A stretch of 64,000 nt of DNA from Gammaproteobacteria bacterium. Lineage in GTDB: Bacteria; Pseudomonadota; Gammaproteobacteria; Natronospirales; REEB76. Shown here piece by piece: positions 62,402 through 64,000 of this stretch (positions are counted from its first letter, which is position 1; every line of letters starts with the position of its first letter). Location: NCBI GenBank assembly GCA_036271575.1, contig DATBAJ010000071.1, forward strand, positions 65-64,064, given 5' to 3'. The notes beneath the pieces were generated by a model. That model was not told where the DNA came from and did no database searches. It worked only from the letters and a program-made list of their open reading frames with translations. The position numbers and the translations under genes are program-made.

Positions 62402-63922
62402 TTGCCGCGAATCCGCTCAACACCTTTTAGTGCCGCGTTACTTACGCTGACGGTGTGCGGCTGTGCGGTAGGCCCCTCTTACCAGACACCCGCGGCCCCG
62501 GATGTGAAGGCTTACTCTTCCACGCCGGCGGCGGCGACCATCATGGGTGCGCCGGCGGCAGGTACCGCCGGAGCTGCACAAGCCTTGCACTTGGGCGAGC
62601 CGGTGCGCACCGACTGGTGGCGCGGCTTCCAGTCCGATGGGCTCGATCGCGTCGTGGACGAGGCCTTGCAGCGCAATCCGGGCTTGAAGCAATCTGCGGA
62701 GACACTGGCCTCCGCCGAGTACGACTACAAGGCGGCGAACGGCGCTTTCTACCCGCAGGTGTCCGCCGGAGTCGGCGGTCAGCGTTCACGGGTGTCGGGC
62801 GCGGGACCGGCGCCGTTCTCACCCTCCATCTACTCCCTCTATAACGCCCAGGTGGATGTGACCTATTCGCCGGACATCTTCGGTTTGAGCCGCCTGGTAT
62901 CCCGCGCCCAACAGGCGCAGGTGGACCTGGCGGAGGACCAATTGCAGGCGGCACGCCTCACTCTGGTGGGAAACGTCATCGACACCGCTCTGGATCTCGC
63001 CGCCACCGACGATGCCTTGGAGGCCACGCGTCAGAGCGTGGACGACGAGAAGCAGGTGTTCGATCTGGTGAAGCTGCGCTTCCAGCACGGCGCCGTGTCG
63101 GAACTGGTGGTGGATACGCAGCAGACCCAGCTCTCGGACGTGGAGGCCAGCCTGCCGGCACTGGAACAGGAACGGGATGCGGACATGCACCTGCTCTCGA
63201 TCTACACGGGACGATTCCCAAGTGAAGGTACCGGCGGAGACCTGCCCGCCATGCAGGACATCAGTTTGCCGGGTGTGCTGCCGGTGACCATGCCTTCGGA
63301 ACTGGTGCGGGTACGGCCCGACATCCGCGCCGCCGAAGCCCAATTGCGCGCGGCCAATGCCCAGGTGGGTGAGGCGGTGGCGCGCATGTACCCGCAGTTC
63401 TCCCTGAGCGCCGACGTGGGCCATGAGAGCAACAGCTGGGGTTCGCTGTTCTCACCGGCCAACAAGATCTGGGATCTGGCCGCCAATCTGGTGGTGCCGA
63501 TCTTCGAGGGCGGGACGCTGGAGGCAGAGAAGGAATCCGCCGAGGCCCAGTACCGCGGCATCTTTGACCAGTACCAGATGACGGTGCTGGATGCTTTCCG
63601 CCAGGTGGCGGACGTGCTGGCGGTGCTGCAGCACGACGCGGAAGTGCTGTCTTCCCGCAGCGATGAGGAAGCAGCCGCACGGCAGGCTTTCGAGCTTGCG
63701 AAAGTGCAGTACCGGGTGGGCGCCATCGCCTATCTCGATCTGCTCAACGGTGAGATAACTTATCAGTCGGCGCGTATCTCACTGGTGCGTGCCAAGCAGC
63801 AGCGCTATGTGGACACCGTGGCCCTGTATGTGGCCATGGGCGGCGGCGATTGGACAGAAGGCACAGCCGCACCCACGGCTGTCACCGTTCCGCCGCCTGC
63901 GGCGGCGACCAAACAGGATTGA
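62402..63922 (+). CDS. Efflux transporter outer membrane factor lipoprotein (NodT family)
   Basis: 506 aa, with a TTG start in the track and no upstream ATG. Lipoprotein signal ..AALLTLTVCGCAVGPSYQTP.. is the hallmark NodT N-terminus. Two TolC-like repeats follow. Confidence 0.85.
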   Translation: MPRIRSTPFSAALLTLTVCGCAVGPSYQTPAAPDVKAYSSTPAAATIMGAPAAGTAGAAQALHLGEPVRTDWWRGFQSDGLDRVVDEALQRNPGLKQSAETLASAEYDYKAANGAFYPQVSAGVGGQRSRVSGAGPAPFSPSIYSLYNAQVDVTYSPDIFGLSRLVSRAQQAQVDLAEDQLQAARLTLVGNVIDTALDLAATDDALEATRQSVDDEKQVFDLVKLRFQHGAVSELVVDTQQTQLSDVEASLPALEQERDADMHLLSIYTGRFPSEGTGGDLPAMQDISLPGVLPVTMPSELVRVRPDIRAAEAQLRAANAQVGEAVARMYPQFSLSADVGHESNSWGSLFSPANKIWDLAANLVVPIFEGGTLEAEKESAEAQYRGIFDQYQMTVLDAFRQVADVLAVLQHDAEVLSSRSDEEAAARQAFELAKVQYRVGAIAYLDLLNGEITYQSARISLVRAKQQRYVDTVALYVAMGGGDWTEGTAAPTAVTVPPPAAATKQD

Positions 63923-63962
63923 GTCGCCGCGCCTCGATGGCGCGGACCAGGAGACTGGAATA

Positions 63963-64000
63963 TATGAAGAACATGAAGAACAAGCCGACCCTGATCGTGG
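63963..64000 (+). CDS. 5' end of a downstream gene (probably the next efflux component), truncated by the window edge
   Basis: ATG 63963, with GGAG about 10 nt upstream, reads MKNMKNKPTLIV... Only 12 codons are visible, so function is inferred from operon context only. Confidence 0.25.

Overview
This is a GC-rich chromosomal segment with proteobacterial (gammaproteobacteria-like) gene content. I support about 58 protein-coding genes. By eye I found no rRNA, tRNA, CRISPR array, transposase or integrase.

Housekeeping blocks:
- A trehalose operon, otsB-GH15-otsA.
- A partial type II secretion operon, gspG-H-I-J-K-L-M-N, with no gspC/D/E/F in the window.
- A fab/cell-envelope/replication cluster, fabD-fabG-acpP-fabF-pabB-pabC-mltG-tmk-holB-pilZ.
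- A beta-oxidation pair (FadB-like gene plus thioesterase).
- An NfeD/SPFH pair.
- A MarR/outer-membrane-factor efflux locus.

Many neighbouring genes overlap by 1-4 nt (ATGA, GTGA, TTGA), so operons are tight.

Nucleotide second-messenger genes are densely interleaved:
- A propeller-GAF-GGDEF sensor.
- A GAF-PAS-GGDEF-EAL protein.
- Two tandem HD-GYP proteins.
- A degenerate PilZ.
- A protein with two cNMP-binding domains fused to rhodanese.
- A multidomain class III cyclase.

The most interesting locus is 17524-22481 on the minus strand. A helical-repeat/Rossmann-like/class III cyclase gene, with non-canonical base-specifying residues, is translationally coupled (ATGA overlap) to a 1009-aa TIR / single-TM / ~14-repeat WD40 protein. 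I cannot assign this pair to any named signalling or defence system.

Gene calls rest on the ORF track, motifs I recognise in the translations, and start-site reasoning from overlaps, RBS-like purine runs and terminator hairpins. No database search was possible.
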